From positions 1 to 58,617 of the forward strand of contig JAJRRW010000048.1 in assembly GCA_024279115.1 (NCBI GenBank): a stretch of DNA of 58,617 bases. The letters are read 5' to 3'. The translations under genes were made by a program, and so were the position numbers. A model generated the notes under the pieces. It was not told where the DNA came from. It was given only the letters and a program-made list of their open reading frames with translations, and searched no databases. Positions 1 through 10,720 of the stretch are shown here, piece after piece. Origin of the DNA: Alphaproteobacteria bacterium. Its GTDB lineage: Bacteria; Pseudomonadota; Alphaproteobacteria; Rhizobiales; JAKIUO01. Every line of letters starts with the position of its first letter. Positions within the stretch are counted from its first letter, which is position 1.

Positions 1-1290
1 TATAGATGACATTAGTCGTCTTGCCAGGGGGCTGGAAGCTCACTTAAAACTGCGTGCCATGTTGGCCAAAGCTGGCGGCAAGCTGGAATCTCCTTCTATT
101 GAATTTGGTGAAGATTCTGATTCTATCCTCGTTGAAAATCTTCTTGCCAGTGTTGCCCAGCATCAGCGTGAAAAAAATGGTGAGCAAACTTTAAATCGTA
201 TGCGAGCACGGATGATGAATGGCTATTGGTGCTTTCGCCACCCTGTTGGATACAAGTTTGAACGCGTAGCGGGGCATGGAAAATTGCTGGTGCGCAATGA
301 ACCGGCTGCCTCCACAATTGTCGATGTACTCGAAGGATATGCCTCTGGGCGCTTCCAGACTCAAGCGGAAGTGAAGCGCTTTTTAGAGGGCACGGACCTG
401 TTTCAAAAGAACAAGCATGGTGAGATTTCTCAAACGCGGGTGACAGATGTTCTGACCCGACCGATCTATGCGGGCTACATTTCTCACGAGAACTGGAACC
501 TTCATCTGGTGCCAGGAAAGCATGAGGGGCTGATCAGCCTCAAAACTTACCAGAAAATCCAAACACGGCTTAGTGGCAGCGCTTATGCACCTGCACGCAA
601 GGATATCAGGGCGGACTTCCCGCTTCGGGGGTTTGTCACCTGCGCCGATTGCGGCAAACCGCTGACATCCTGCTGGTCAAAGGGCAAGCGCGAGAAATAT
701 GCCTATTATTTATGCGTTACAAAGGGATGTGTTTCGCGCAGCAAATCGATCCCCCGCGCGAAAATCGAGGGAGACTTTGAAGAGATTGTCCGTTCCCTTC
801 AACCAACGCCTGGTTTGTTCGGCATTGCCAAATCGATGTTCAAAAGAGCTTGGGATAATAGAGCAACGCGGGCTGATGAGCAGGAAATTATCTTGAAGCA
901 GGATATCGTCAGGTTTGACAAGCAGGTCGAACAGCTTCTTGAGCGAATTGTTGTGGCCACCAACATAAGCGTGATCGCGGCCTATGAAGCTAAAATAACC
1001 AAACTTGAGCTGGAGAAGAAGGTTGCGCTTGAAAAACTGGAGCTTTCTGCCCATTCACAACAAAGTTTTGAAACAAAGTTCGAACACGCCTGTAATTTTC
1101 TCGCAAGTCCTTGTAAACTATGGGATTCAGGTCAGGCACATCTCAAAAAAATGGTCCTCAGACTGGCCTTTTCAGGGCGCATTGCCTATCGCAAGGATGA
1201 AGGTTTTCAAACAACACAATTATCCATACCATTCAAAATGTTAGGAGATTTTAGCATGAGTGAAAAAGAAATGGTGCCGCATGGGTGATT
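1..1290. mobile_element. Right-hand edge of a genomic island/integrative element inserted at the tRNA-Thr 3' end
   Basis: Integrase abuts and overlaps the tRNA 3' end; sequence looks AT-richer than the flanking core genes; the other att lies outside the window. Confidence 0.7.
2..1288 (+). CDS. Large serine recombinase/integrase (5'-truncated by window)
   Basis: Frame open from nt 2 (IDDISRLARG, resolvase-type motif), recombinase domain, zinc-ribbon CADC...YYLC...C, coiled coil; stop codon lies inside the tRNA. Confidence 0.92.
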   Translation: MDDISRLARGLEAHLKLRAMLAKAGGKLESPSIEFGEDSDSILVENLLASVAQHQREKNGEQTLNRMRARMMNGYWCFRHPVGYKFERVAGHGKLLVRNEPAASTIVDVLEGYASGRFQTQAEVKRFLEGTDLFQKNKHGEISQTRVTDVLTRPIYAGYISHENWNLHLVPGKHEGLISLKTYQKIQTRLSGSAYAPARKDIRADFPLRGFVTCADCGKPLTSCWSKGKREKYAYYLCVTKGCVSRSKSIPRAKIEGDFEEIVRSLQPTPGLFGIAKSMFKRAWDNRATRADEQEIILKQDIVRFDKQVEQLLERIVVATNISVIAAYEAKITKLELEKKVALEKLELSAHSQQSFETKFEHACNFLASPCKLWDSGQAHLKKMVLRLAFSGRIAYRKDEGFQTTQLSIPFKMLGDFSMSEKEMVPHG

Positions 1291-1347
1291 CGAACACCCG
1301 ACCCCCGCATTACGAATGCGATGCTCTACCAACTGAGCTAATGCGGC
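1272..1347 (-). tRNA. tRNA-Thr(CGT)
   Basis: Reverse complement GCCGCATTAGCTCAGTTGGTAGAGCATCGCATTCGTAATGCGGGGGTCGGGTGTTCGAATCACCCATGCGGCACCA; 76 nt cloverleaf, anticodon loop TTCGTAA, CCA end. Confidence 0.96.
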
Positions 1348-1514
1348 CCAAATATTTCACAAGGCCTTCACGCATAGCGCCGGGCGCTGTTAAAATCAAG
1401 CCTTGATCGGCATTTGTCTTTCAAGGCCATCCAATCCATCTGCTCTTTGACCTGGAGTATTTCGAAGAATAACGGGCGCCGGTTTTTTGGTAAGACGCAC
1501 GATAACACAAAGCC

Positions 1515-3263
1515 CTAGGTGCCCTTTTGCGAGTGGCGGTAGCGTTGTGGCAGTTTGGGGTTTTTACTGCCGGTGCTACTATAGGGGCCGGGATCATCAG
1601 GCAAACGCGGGGGCATATAGATTTCGGGAGTGTTTTGTTTAGGAGCTGCTTTGGGTTCTTCAGGTTCCGCTTCTGGCTCAATCGGGGCAACCGCTGCGTG
1701 CGTCTCAAACTTGACCGGCTCATCGACGGGTTCGGCTTCTATGGTTTCGATTTGCTGTTTGGTTTCCTGGTCATTGGCAGGTTGGGGATCAGTCAAGGGT
1801 TCTGATGGTTTGTCGCTAGTGCTCGTTGTTTGCAGATCCTCTTCAGCCACCACGACACTGCCAGCAGCTGGAAGGACAAGGGATGGTTCTGGTTGTTTGT
1901 CGGGCGTCGCTTCTTCGGCCTTCATCTCGGCTTTGAGAGGAATAAATTCCTCGAAGGGCAACTCGTCATCACTATGTTCAAGTCGCTCGATTGGTACTTT
2001 CCATTCGAAGGCATCCAGCCGGCCGGTGATGGGGGAAACGGGAGCCCAATGTTCCGATACATAGCCATCTGCAGTCCAGGAGGGGTCGCGCGGCGCTCGA
2101 ACGGCGCGCGCCAGCCATTCGCGTACACGCCCCTTGTCGCCAAATTCACCGCCTTCAATGCGTGCCATCAAGGTGCAAACGCGCTCCGAGGGCCTATCAT
2201 TGAGCACCGCTTTAAGAGCTGTTCGCGCTTCGCCCCAGTCATGACTTTCAATGGCCGCCTGCGCGACGGCAATGGCTCCTTCCCTGTCATGCGGGGTGCG
2301 CGCGGCCAGTTGCTGGACGCGGGTCAAGCGGTCACGTGGACTGTCGCCCGGGCGCGCATGGGCATAGGTCAAAGCGAGATCTGGATGGGGCGACATTTCC
2401 CAGGTCTGCAATATGATCTTGGAGGCTTTGCCAACATTTCCCTGCGTCGCCAGAATACGTCCCGCGACATCGGCAGCTGGTACCAGATCGGGTGCCAGCT
2501 TGTGGGCTTCAAGAGCTTGCGCAAGAGCCATGTCCATTTCGCTCTGCTCATTCTCAAGCGCCTGCGCGGTGAGCAGGACGGCCCGTTGTCGGTTGGCAGA
2601 ATTCTTGTCGATCTTGCTATGTTTGCGTGCCAGAGCCAGGGTTTCGAGTGCTTGCGTCCATTGCCCCGAACGCGACTGGATCTCCAGCAAGGCTTGCGAG
2701 GACCAGGATAGTTGCGGATTGCGCTGCACGGCTTTTTGGGCGAATTGGCGGGCCGCTTCGATTTCTTTTTCTCGGCGTGCTTCAAGGTAGAGACCGCGCA
2801 GTCCAGCGACTTCAGTTTCGGGATTTTCCAGCATGGCCTCGTACAGCCTTCTTGCGGAGTTACGATCGCCAGAAAGTTGCGCTGCTTGCGCCTTGAGCAA
2901 GGTGGTGAGGCTGTCAGATTGCAACTTGCGGCCAGCTTTTGCGGCCAGCTTTTTCGCCAGTGCGGCATCCCCGGCGCTCACCGCAATGAGCCCGCGCGAC
3001 ACCGCTTCAAGGCCCTCTTCACGTTTGTTGACACGCATGGCCTGGGACATTTTTCCCGGCGCAAACAGCACGTTTTTGATCAGCCACCACAACAACATGA
3101 GGGTGAAAAAAGTCACCAGAAATCCGATCACCACGGTCATCAGTTCTGTTTGATAGACATTCCCTTGCCAGACAAGATTGATTTTTCCAGGACGGTCCGC
3201 CAGCCAGGAAAAACCAAGAGCCGTGCCGGTGACAGCAATGAAAAAGAGCAGGATCCGCCACAT
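1515..3263 (-). CDS. hemY: HemY family TPR membrane protein
   Basis: Two N-terminal TM helices (WLADRPG motif), TPR-like repeats, W.PVSP.TGRLDAFEWK motif; last gene of the hemC-hemD-COG4223-hemY block. Confidence 0.88.
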   Translation of the reverse strand: MWRILLFFIAVTGTALGFSWLADRPGKINLVWQGNVYQTELMTVVIGFLVTFFTLMLLWWLIKNVLFAPGKMSQAMRVNKREEGLEAVSRGLIAVSAGDAALAKKLAAKAGRKLQSDSLTTLLKAQAAQLSGDRNSARRLYEAMLENPETEVAGLRGLYLEARREKEIEAARQFAQKAVQRNPQLSWSSQALLEIQSRSGQWTQALETLALARKHSKIDKNSANRQRAVLLTAQALENEQSEMDMALAQALEAHKLAPDLVPAADVAGRILATQGNVGKASKIILQTWEMSPHPDLALTYAHARPGDSPRDRLTRVQQLAARTPHDREGAIAVAQAAIESHDWGEARTALKAVLNDRPSERVCTLMARIEGGEFGDKGRVREWLARAVRAPRDPSWTADGYVSEHWAPVSPITGRLDAFEWKVPIERLEHSDDELPFEEFIPLKAEMKAEEATPDKQPEPSLVLPAAGSVVVAEEDLQTTSTSDKPSEPLTDPQPANDQETKQQIETIEAEPVDEPVKFETHAAVAPIEPEAEPEEPKAAPKQNTPEIYMPPRLPDDPGPYSSTGSKNPKLPQRYRHSQKGT

Positions 3264-3268
3264 AAATC

Positions 3269-4779
3269 TTATCCTTTGGCTTTGGGTTTGCCGCCCGCAA
3301 GCGAGTTGCGAATTTTGTCTTCAAGGGCCCGTAACACGGCGTCGCCTTCAGCTCTTGAGCGCGCCTTGGCGAGCCAGGATTGCATGACATCTTTGGCGGA
3401 ACCTTGCAGGGCGCTGCCTTCTTTGAGTGCGCCGCCCAGATCATCTCGATCCAGCTTGTATTCCATGCGAGACAAAACAGCGCCGGTTGTATCGCCCTCG
3501 ACAAGTCCGGTTGGCCGCACCTGTACCATGCTTTTGGCATTGGCCAGGATCTGATCCATGAAGGATCCAGATTTTGCCATCTGTTCGGAGGCCAGCGCTT
3601 TGCTTGAGATGTTCGCAAACGCAGATCGCAAGGCGGTATGAGTAATGATGCCTTTGCTGGCATATTGGGTGAGCACGCCAAGGTCGAGACTTTTGGGGGC
3701 ATGGGGTTGTACGCGGGCCAGTTCGGCCTGATAAGGCACCCCTTTATTGACAGCGCGTTTTAATTCTCCCAGCGACAAAGCCAGGGCAATATTGCGTCCC
3801 TCGGCGATCGACCCGGCTTCTCGGTTCAAGACACCGTCAATTTTTGCGGTGAGCTCTCCAAGCCTGGCGACCACGGGATTAATTTGCGCAGAGACATCTG
3901 GCGGACGGCTGGCATCGGCGACCATTTTGGCATTGGCGTTGCGAATAGCGGCGATCTCATTGGAGTTTTGGCGCTGGCGGTGGTAAAATCGGCCTGGGCG
4001 CTGCGGATACTGGTGAGGTCTTCGCGAAATGAGTTTTGTGCCTCGCGCAATTTGAGGAACTCGCTATTGAGCGCCACGGTCTGCTTGTTGGACTTTGCGA
4101 GCTGCCGGGTGACCGCTGTCAGACCGGCCAGCTTGCCGCCTTTGCCGGTTTTGGCGGCTGTTTCCAGATCAGACAAGATGGTCTCCAGGCGGGCGACTTT
4201 TTGGAGCAGGGTTGGGGCGCCTTGTTTGCCGCCACCAAGTTCCGCCTGTGTTGTGTCGAGGCGGTCATTGAGCTGGGCAATCTGGTTGGTGAGGGAGTTG
4301 GCATCATTTGAACTGGTGGCGCGTTCAAGCGAGCCTACTCTGCCGACCAGCACCGACAATTGCTTGGCGGTGCCACCGCCCAATTGCACAGCTTGTGGCA
4401 ACATATTCTGGTTACTGGCGTAAGACAGTCCAAAAATTCCCAGCACGGCACCGATCAGGGAGGCGGCCAGATGAGAGAAAAAGCCTGCCCCGCCTGAGGA
4501 GGCAGTCGCTTTTGGTGTTTGGGGCGGTGTGCCAGAGGGTGGTTTTTTGCTGGCACCTGTTTTGGCCGCCGTTGATTTGCCCGAAGCTGATTGGCCGCTG
4601 GCTGATTTGGGGCTGGTCTTTTTGGCGTGCGATGCGGTGCTGGTGCTGGCCGCTTTACTGGCGCTTGAAGTGGTCTTGTCATCGCCCTTTGCAGGGGGGT
4701 CTTTTTTGACTTCAGTGGCTTTCAGATTGAGGGTCGCGGTTGGGCGTTTTGAACTTGCGCGGGGGGTATTTTTTTTCAT
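3269..4779 (-). CDS. COG4223/mitofilin-domain membrane protein (alpha-Mic60-like), split by a 1-nt deletion at ~3966-3969
   Basis: ORFs 3826-4779 and 3269-3925 join if the A4 run gains one A (..SAKNSNEIAAIR..); RPTATLNLKA N-terminus, single TM, coiled coil, mitofilin-like C-terminus; conserved position between hemD and hemY. Confidence 0.8.
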
Positions 4780-4900
4780 GCCTCACCAGAGCTTGGAACG
4801 CGGAATATCGTTTCTCACTCTCTATAGACCATTTTCACTTATATGGTAAACAGCAATGATCCATTTAGGGGGTGTTGCATCAATAATATGAGTTTATGAG

Positions 4901-5617
4901 CTAAAGTCCGATCAGGTCAAGTATGCCCGGCAGATTGGGTTTTCGTGCAATGAGCTTGCGTTTGCAGGGCATTTGATCAAGCGCGTTGGCCACATTGTCC
5001 GACAGGCACAGGCAGGATATTTCACTCATTTGCTCTTCGAGCTGGTGCTGGCGGATCAGCGCGTGGAAATATGTGGCCGTTTGGGGGGACATCAAGACAA
5101 TGCCATCAAGTTTTTTTGAGGTGAGGGCATCCAGGGCCTCGGGCGTAAACCGGTTGGCCGGGCTGGTTTCATAGGCGATCTGCTCGATCAGCCTGATGCC
5201 GGTTTGCGCCAGTGGTGGGCCAAGATCAAAGGCCTTTTTGGCTCCCAAAGGGTGATAAATCTGGGGGTGCTGGGTGCCCACAAAGGCCGCTTTGAGAATG
5301 GGGACGAGATCGCTTCCCCGTCCGGGGCCCTCTACGACCTTTGTGAAGCCATATTGCCTACCGAGTTGAGCGCTGCTTTTACCAACGGCAAACAAAGGCA
5401 GCTCATGATAATCTGGCAGAGTACCCAATTTTTCCAGACAGCGCAGGGCATTGCGACTGGTGATGATCAGTCCGTGCAAAAAGGCGGCGTTTGGCAAGGT
5501 GGGCTGCAGGCAATTGACGTGCAGGACCGGGGAGATAAGCGTTTGATGGCCCAGACGCTCGAAAAGATATGCCATATCAGCACTATCTTGCGGGGGACGC
5601 GTGATCAAATAGCGCAT
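4901..5617 (-). CDS. hemD: Uroporphyrinogen-III synthase
   Basis: LITRP N-terminus, IITSRNA, FAVGKSSA, SPQTA motifs; downstream of hemC. Confidence 0.9.
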   Translation of the reverse strand: MRYLITRPPQDSADMAYLFERLGHQTLISPVLHVNCLQPTLPNAAFLHGLIITSRNALRCLEKLGTLPDYHELPLFAVGKSSAQLGRQYGFTKVVEGPGRGSDLVPILKAAFVGTQHPQIYHPLGAKKAFDLGPPLAQTGIRLIEQIAYETSPANRFTPEALDALTSKKLDGIVLMSPQTATYFHALIRQHQLEEQMSEISCLCLSDNVANALDQMPCKRKLIARKPNLPGILDLIGL

Positions 5618-5637
5618 TTTCTCGCGTCCTTTTGCAA

Positions 5638-6582
5638 TTATGACGTGGTTAGAAAATCGGCACCAGCGACCGCAAGTAACGCATTTGCCGCATCAAGGGC
5701 CATTTTTTGTGCGTCCTCAAGTGGTCCACGCCGGCTGGTTTCATGAGCCTGCGCCCCGTCTGGCGACAAGATCATGCCGCGAAAGCTGATGTCACTGCCG
5801 TTAAGCTGTGCCAGACCAGCAATCGGCGTATGGCAATTGCCATCAAGGCGGCCCAGAAAGACGCGCTCCATCATCACACAATCATAAGTGGGTTGATGAT
5901 TGAGCGGCGCGATCAGCGCAGCCATTTGCGTATCGTCCTCGCGGATTTGCAAGCCAATCGCCCCTTGCGCAACGGCGGGCAGCATCTGCTTTGTTTCGAT
6001 GAGCGAGGTGATCTTGTCTTCATATCCCAGCCGCCGCAAGCCGGCATTGGCAAGCAGGGTGGCGTCCGCAACCCCTCCATCGAGCTTTTTCAGCCGGGTC
6101 TGCACATTGCCGCGATAATTGATGACTTTGAGATCCGGGCGCAGCCGGCGCACCTGGGCCTGACGGCGCAGGCTTGAGGTGCCAACTACGGCACCAGGTG
6201 GCAGGTCCATCAGTTTTGGCGCCTTGAAGCTGATAAAGGCGTCGCGGACATCTTCGCGCCTTAGCAGGGCCGGAATGATCAGCCCCTCTGGCAATTGGGT
6301 TGCCACATCTTTCATGGAATGAACCGCCAGGTCTATTTCATCGTCACCAAGGGCTTCTTCGATTTCCTTGGTGAACAGTCCCTTGCCGCCAAAATCGCGC
6401 AGGGCCTTGTCCTGAATACGATCCCCCGCCGAGGTCTTTTTGATGATCTCGAAGCGATCTTGCGCCAGTCCGTGGGCCTGCATGAGCAAGGATCTGGTCT
6501 CATGGGCTTGCGCCAGAGCCAAAGGGCTTGAGCGGGTACCGATGCGAATAGGGCGATCAGCCGGGAAATCTATTGAGGGCAA
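5638..6582 (-). CDS. hemC: Hydroxymethylbilane synthase
   Basis: IGTRSSPLALAQA, GGKGLFTKE, AVHSMKD, GTSSLRR, RGNVQTRL motifs. Confidence 0.97.
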   Translation of the reverse strand: MPSIDFPADRPIRIGTRSSPLALAQAHETRSLLMQAHGLAQDRFEIIKKTSAGDRIQDKALRDFGGKGLFTKEIEEALGDDEIDLAVHSMKDVATQLPEGLIIPALLRREDVRDAFISFKAPKLMDLPPGAVVGTSSLRRQAQVRRLRPDLKVINYRGNVQTRLKKLDGGVADATLLANAGLRRLGYEDKITSLIETKQMLPAVAQGAIGLQIREDDTQMAALIAPLNHQPTYDCVMMERVFLGRLDGNCHTPIAGLAQLNGSDISFRGMILSPDGAQAHETSRRGPLEDAQKMALDAANALLAVAGADFLTTS

Positions 6583-6706
6583 GTCTGTTTCTCCTTGGCG
6601 GAAACTGAATTAGCTATTGCGTGCATTTAGACCAACATTTAACACAAAGGCAATGAGCTTTCCTGCTGGAATGGACTGTTAGAGAGAGAAGCATATCAAG
6701 AGCGCC

Positions 6707-7807
6707 ATGAGCAATTCGCAAAAACAGCCCAAAACGCTCCGTGTTCTTGGCATCGAGACCAGTTGCGATGAAACGGCGGCCTCCGTTGTCGAGCGCTTGG
6801 CTGACGGGTCGGCGCGCATTTTGTCCAATGTGGTGCGCTCGCAGATTGACGAGCACAAAGCCTTTGGCGGCGTGGTGCCCGAGATTGCCGCTCGCGCCCA
6901 TGTGGAATTGCTCGACAAGCTGATTGAGCAGGCCATGCAAGAGGCGGGGCTGTCCTTTGAGCAATTGGATGGGGTGGCGGTGACGGCTGGTCCCGGGCTG
7001 ATTGGCGGCCTGATGGTGGGGCTGATGACCGCCAAGGCCATTTGCTATGCCAGCGACATCCCCTTGATCGGTATCAATCATCTGGAAGGCCATGCCCTGA
7101 CTCCGGGGCTAAGTGACGGGGTGAAACCGCCTTATCTGCTCTTGCTGGTGTCCGGGGGGCATACGCAGGTGCAGATCGTTCATGATGTGGGGCGTTACGA
7201 GCGGCTGGGTACAACGGTGGATGATGCGCTTGGCGAAGCATTTGATAAAGTTGCCAAACTGTTGGGGCTGGATTATCCCGGCGGGCCGCAAGTGGCGCGC
7301 ATGGCTTTGCTGGGCGATGATCAGCGTTTTTGTTTTCCCCGTCCCATGAAGGGGCGCGCGGAGCTTAATTTTTCCTTTTCGGGCCTTAAAACGGCGGTGC
7401 GTCAGCAGGCCATGAAGCTTGCCCCATTGTCTGACCAAGATATCAAGGATTTGTGCGCCTCGTTTGAGCGGGCCGCCAGTGAAGCGGTTATTGACCGGGT
7501 TGCCCGATCCATGCAGGCCTATGAACGTATAATGGCCGATAAGGCGCCGCGTCGGCTTGTGGTGGCGGGCGGGGTGGCTGCCAATCAAAGATTGCGTAAA
7601 GCTTTGGCGCAACTTGCCAAAGACAAGGGGTTTGCGTTTGATGTGCCGCCGGTTGATTTATGTACCGATAATGCGGCGATGATTGCCTATGCGGGGCTTG
7701 AGCATCTGGTGCGCGGCAACATCCACGCTCTTGATCTATCGGCGCGCGCCCGCTGGCCACTTGATGACACGGCCCCTCGGGTATCAGGCGCTGGCATAAA
7801 AGCTTGA
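6707..7807 (+). CDS. tsaD: tRNA N6-threonylcarbamoyltransferase
   Basis: [37 protein letters not shown]. Confidence 0.97.
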   Translation: MSNSQKQPKTLRVLGIETSCDETAASVVERLADGSARILSNVVRSQIDEHKAFGGVVPEIAARAHVELLDKLIEQAMQEAGLSFEQLDGVAVTAGPGLIGGLMVGLMTAKAICYASDIPLIGINHLEGHALTPGLSDGVKPPYLLLLVSGGHTQVQIVHDVGRYERLGTTVDDALGEAFDKVAKLLGLDYPGGPQVARMALLGDDQRFCFPRPMKGRAELNFSFSGLKTAVRQQAMKLAPLSDQDIKDLCASFERAASEAVIDRVARSMQAYERIMADKAPRRLVVAGGVAANQRLRKALAQLAKDKGFAFDVPPVDLCTDNAAMIAYAGLEHLVRGNIHALDLSARARWPLDDTAPRVSGAGIKA

Positions 7808-7826
7808 TCAGCTAAAGGAGAAACAG

Positions 7827-8849
7827 ATGAGCTTGCAGAAAATCGGTGTTGTGGGGGCAGGGGCCTGGGGAACGGCGCTGGCGCAGACTTTGGCTTTGGC
7901 CGGGCGCGATGTGACCTTGTGGGCCCATGAAGAGCAAGAAGTTCTGGCCATTGCGGAGCATCGCGAAAACAAGGTTTACCTGCCTAGCGTCCATCTCGCC
8001 CCCTCGATCAGGGCGACCAATGATCTCGCGCAAATAGCCCGCAATGATGCCTTGCTGATGGTGGTGCCAGCCCAGTTCATGCGCGGTACCGCAACCGCTC
8101 TGGCTGCTCACTTAAGGCCCGGGACGCCAACCGTTATCTGTTCCAAGGGGATAGAGCAGGACAGCGGCAAATTATTGACCCAAGTGCTGGAAGAAGCCCT
8201 GCCAGAAGCCACTCTAGCGGCTTTGTCGGGGCCAAGTTTCGCCATCGAAGTGGCGCGCGGTCTCCCCGCTGCTGTCACCCTTGCTTGTGAAAATACGCGG
8301 CTTGGCGAACAGCTCGCAGTCGCCATCGCCCATAGAAATTTCAGGGTCTATCTGTCAGAAGATCTGATGGGCGTCGAGGTCGGCGGTGCCATCAAGAATG
8401 TTCTGGCCATCGCGGCGGGTATTGTTGAGGGCAAGCAGCTTGGCAAAAGCGCCCATGCTGCCGTGATCACCAGAGGCTTTGCAGAACTGATGCGCTTTGC
8501 CCTCGCCTTTGGTGCCAAACGCCAAACCATGGATGGTTTGTCGGGGCTGGGGGATCTGGTGCTGACCTGCTCGTCGCCCACCTCTCGCAACATGTCCTTT
8601 GGTCATGCGCTGGGTGAAGGCAGCAGTGTCAGTGAGATATTGGCGGCGCGCAACAGCGTCACCGAGGGCATGTACACAGCCATTCCCGTCACCCGAATTG
8701 CCCGCGAAAAAGGCATCGAAATGCCGATCTGCGAAGCCGTGCGTAATATCATCTGGGGCGGTGTCGAGGGTTATGACTATCCAGCCCTTAGCGTCGATGC
8801 CGCCATTGAGGGGCTTGTGTCCCGTCCCATGCGCGGGGAAAAGGAATAG
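7827..8849 (+). CDS. gpsA: NAD(P)H-dependent glycerol-3-phosphate dehydrogenase
   Basis: GAGAWGTALA, SKGIE, SGPSFA, GLSGLGDLVLTC..SRN. Confidence 0.96.
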   Translation: MSLQKIGVVGAGAWGTALAQTLALAGRDVTLWAHEEQEVLAIAEHRENKVYLPSVHLAPSIRATNDLAQIARNDALLMVVPAQFMRGTATALAAHLRPGTPTVICSKGIEQDSGKLLTQVLEEALPEATLAALSGPSFAIEVARGLPAAVTLACENTRLGEQLAVAIAHRNFRVYLSEDLMGVEVGGAIKNVLAIAAGIVEGKQLGKSAHAAVITRGFAELMRFALAFGAKRQTMDGLSGLGDLVLTCSSPTSRNMSFGHALGEGSSVSEILAARNSVTEGMYTAIPVTRIAREKGIEMPICEAVRNIIWGGVEGYDYPALSVDAAIEGLVSRPMRGEKE

Positions 8850-9016
8850 AATAGATCGAAAGAAATGTCCTCGCTGGACGGCTGCTTGTGCAGCAGGCAC
8901 CAAGGGATGATCCCTTGGAACCCACCTATAAGTGGGGGATGCAAGGGGCTTGCCCTTTGCTGCCAGCTGCGTAAGCTTTCTGTCCGCAAGGACCTGCCCG
9001 CTAGGGCATATATTTC

Positions 9017-10246
9017 CTATCTGGTAATATCATGCTCTGGTGTGGAGCTGATTTTGTGGATGGCGAGGTCGGCGCCCATAGTTTCCTCTTCGGGCGTCAG
9101 GCGAATGCCGACAAGGCGTTTGAGTTCGCCATAGATCAACAGGCCGGCAATACCACCAAAAGCGGCTCCGCCCAGCGATCCCATCAATTGGGCGCCAAAG
9201 CTCACATCACCCAGACCGCCCAGCGCTTTGAGGCCGAAAATGCCAGCGGCGATACCGCCCCACAATCCGCACATGCCGTGCAAAGCCCAGACCCCCAGCA
9301 CATCATCAAGCTTCCAGTCATTATGGCATTTCTGGAACAGATAGACGAACAGCGCACCCGCCACGCCGCCCACGACGAACGAGCCGATGGGATGCATGAT
9401 ATCTGACCCGGCGCAAACGGCAACAAGGCCCGCCAAGGCGCCATTGTGAATGCAACCTGGATCATTGCGGCCGACAATCAAGGAGGTTAAAATGCCGCCC
9501 ACCATGGCCATCAAGGAGTTGATGGCAACCAGCCCGGAAATGTCCTTGACCGAGCCAGCGGTCATGACGTTAAAGCCGAACCAGCCAATGCACAAAAGCC
9601 ACGAACCAAGCGCCAGCCACGGCAGCGAAGACGGCGGGATGGCGACGACTTTACCCTTTGCATTGTAATGGTCCTGACGAGCCCCCAGCGCCCACACGGC
9701 AGAAAGGGCGATCCAGCCACCAAACGCATGCACGACAATCGAGCCGGCAAAATCCCTGAACGGATGGCCAAAGGTGGCTTTCATCCAGTCCTGTATTCCG
9801 TAATTTCCATTCCAGACGACGCCCTCCAGGATAGGATAGGCGAGACCAACAATGAGGGCGGTGGCGGCGATTTGCGGCCAAAATCTGGCCCGTTCGGCGA
9901 TCCCTCCCGAGATGATGGCCGGGATGGCGGCGGCAAACGTTGCAAGGAAGAAAAATTTGACAAGGCTGAGGCCCTGATTGTCAAAGCCCTCCCCGCCGCC
10001 CGAGAGCGATTGGGCATCGGAAAAGAAATTGACGCCATAGGCGATTGTATAGCCGATGAAGAAATACATGGTTGTGGAGACGGCAAAATCGACCAGAATT
10101 TTGACCAGCGCATTGACCTGGTTCTTGTGGCGCACCGTGCCAACCTCAAGAAAGGCAAAGCCGGCATGCATGGCAAACACCAAAATGGCTCCCAGCAGGA
10201 CAAAAAACACATCGACGCCCACCAGCGAAGCAGAACTCGTCTCCAT
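9017..10246 (-). CDS. amt: Ammonium transporter (second, divergent Amt paralogue)
   Basis: MHAGFAFLEVG, DFAGSIVVH, GWFGFN, DDVLGVWALH; both pore histidines present. Confidence 0.93.
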   Translation of the reverse strand: METSSASLVGVDVFFVLLGAILVFAMHAGFAFLEVGTVRHKNQVNALVKILVDFAVSTTMYFFIGYTIAYGVNFFSDAQSLSGGGEGFDNQGLSLVKFFFLATFAAAIPAIISGGIAERARFWPQIAATALIVGLAYPILEGVVWNGNYGIQDWMKATFGHPFRDFAGSIVVHAFGGWIALSAVWALGARQDHYNAKGKVVAIPPSSLPWLALGSWLLCIGWFGFNVMTAGSVKDISGLVAINSLMAMVGGILTSLIVGRNDPGCIHNGALAGLVAVCAGSDIMHPIGSFVVGGVAGALFVYLFQKCHNDWKLDDVLGVWALHGMCGLWGGIAAGIFGLKALGGLGDVSFGAQLMGSLGGAAFGGIAGLLIYGELKRLVGIRLTPEEETMGADLAIHKISSTPEHDITR

Positions 10247-10432
10247 AATATGAAAACTCCCCTCAAATTTATTTCTATTTATTCCCGATTTTCTTATGGT
10301 TTTTGATTGTTTTAGGGGAATTGGCAGGTGAAGCGCAAAGGATTTTTATGAAAGAGGGGGGCGATCAAGGAGCCATGGCTCTCGAAATCATGTTGAATGG
10401 TCCAGAGCACAAAGCGTAAAAGCAGCGTTCAT

Positions 10433-10472
10433 AAAAAGTGGGTGATACCCGTATTGGTTGGATATCACCCAT
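10433..10472 (-). terminator. Intrinsic terminator downstream of the small ORF
   Basis: Hairpin GTGGGTGATA...TATCACCCAT followed by a T run on the minus strand. Confidence 0.65.
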
Positions 10473-10496
10473 TATTCTGCGTCGGGGGGACGGTTG

Positions 10497-10589
10497 TTAG
10501 TAGGTCAGGCTTGCCAGCACATATCCGGCTGTAATAGTCGCGAATAGTCCGGAGATTGACCAAAGTATTAACCAGTTATCCGATTTCAT
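10497..10589 (-). CDS. Unannotated 30-aa single-TM small protein MKSDNWLILWSISGLFATITAGYVLASLTY
   Basis: Strong RBS GAAGGAAAGGAGAG before ATG, hydrophobic core of ~23 aa, own promoter upstream and terminator downstream; below the ORF-track length cutoff. Confidence 0.65.
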   Translation of the reverse strand: MKSDNWLILWSISGLFATITAGYVLASLTY

Positions 10590-10720
10590 CGTAGCTCTCC
10601 TTTCCTTCTCAAACCCGCAATACGCGAAGTCTTTTCAATAGGCATGTCGAGATACGCAAAACAACAAGGGACCCAGCAAGTGCAAGTTGTTGAAGATCCT
10701 TGCCGACATTCCTTGTTGCT

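Noticed and set aside
10685..10706. sigma54 promoter for the small ORF (CGGCAAGGATCTTCAA)
   Set aside because: The -12 GC is missing and the sequence lies inside the predicted leader stem; the sigma70 match fits better.
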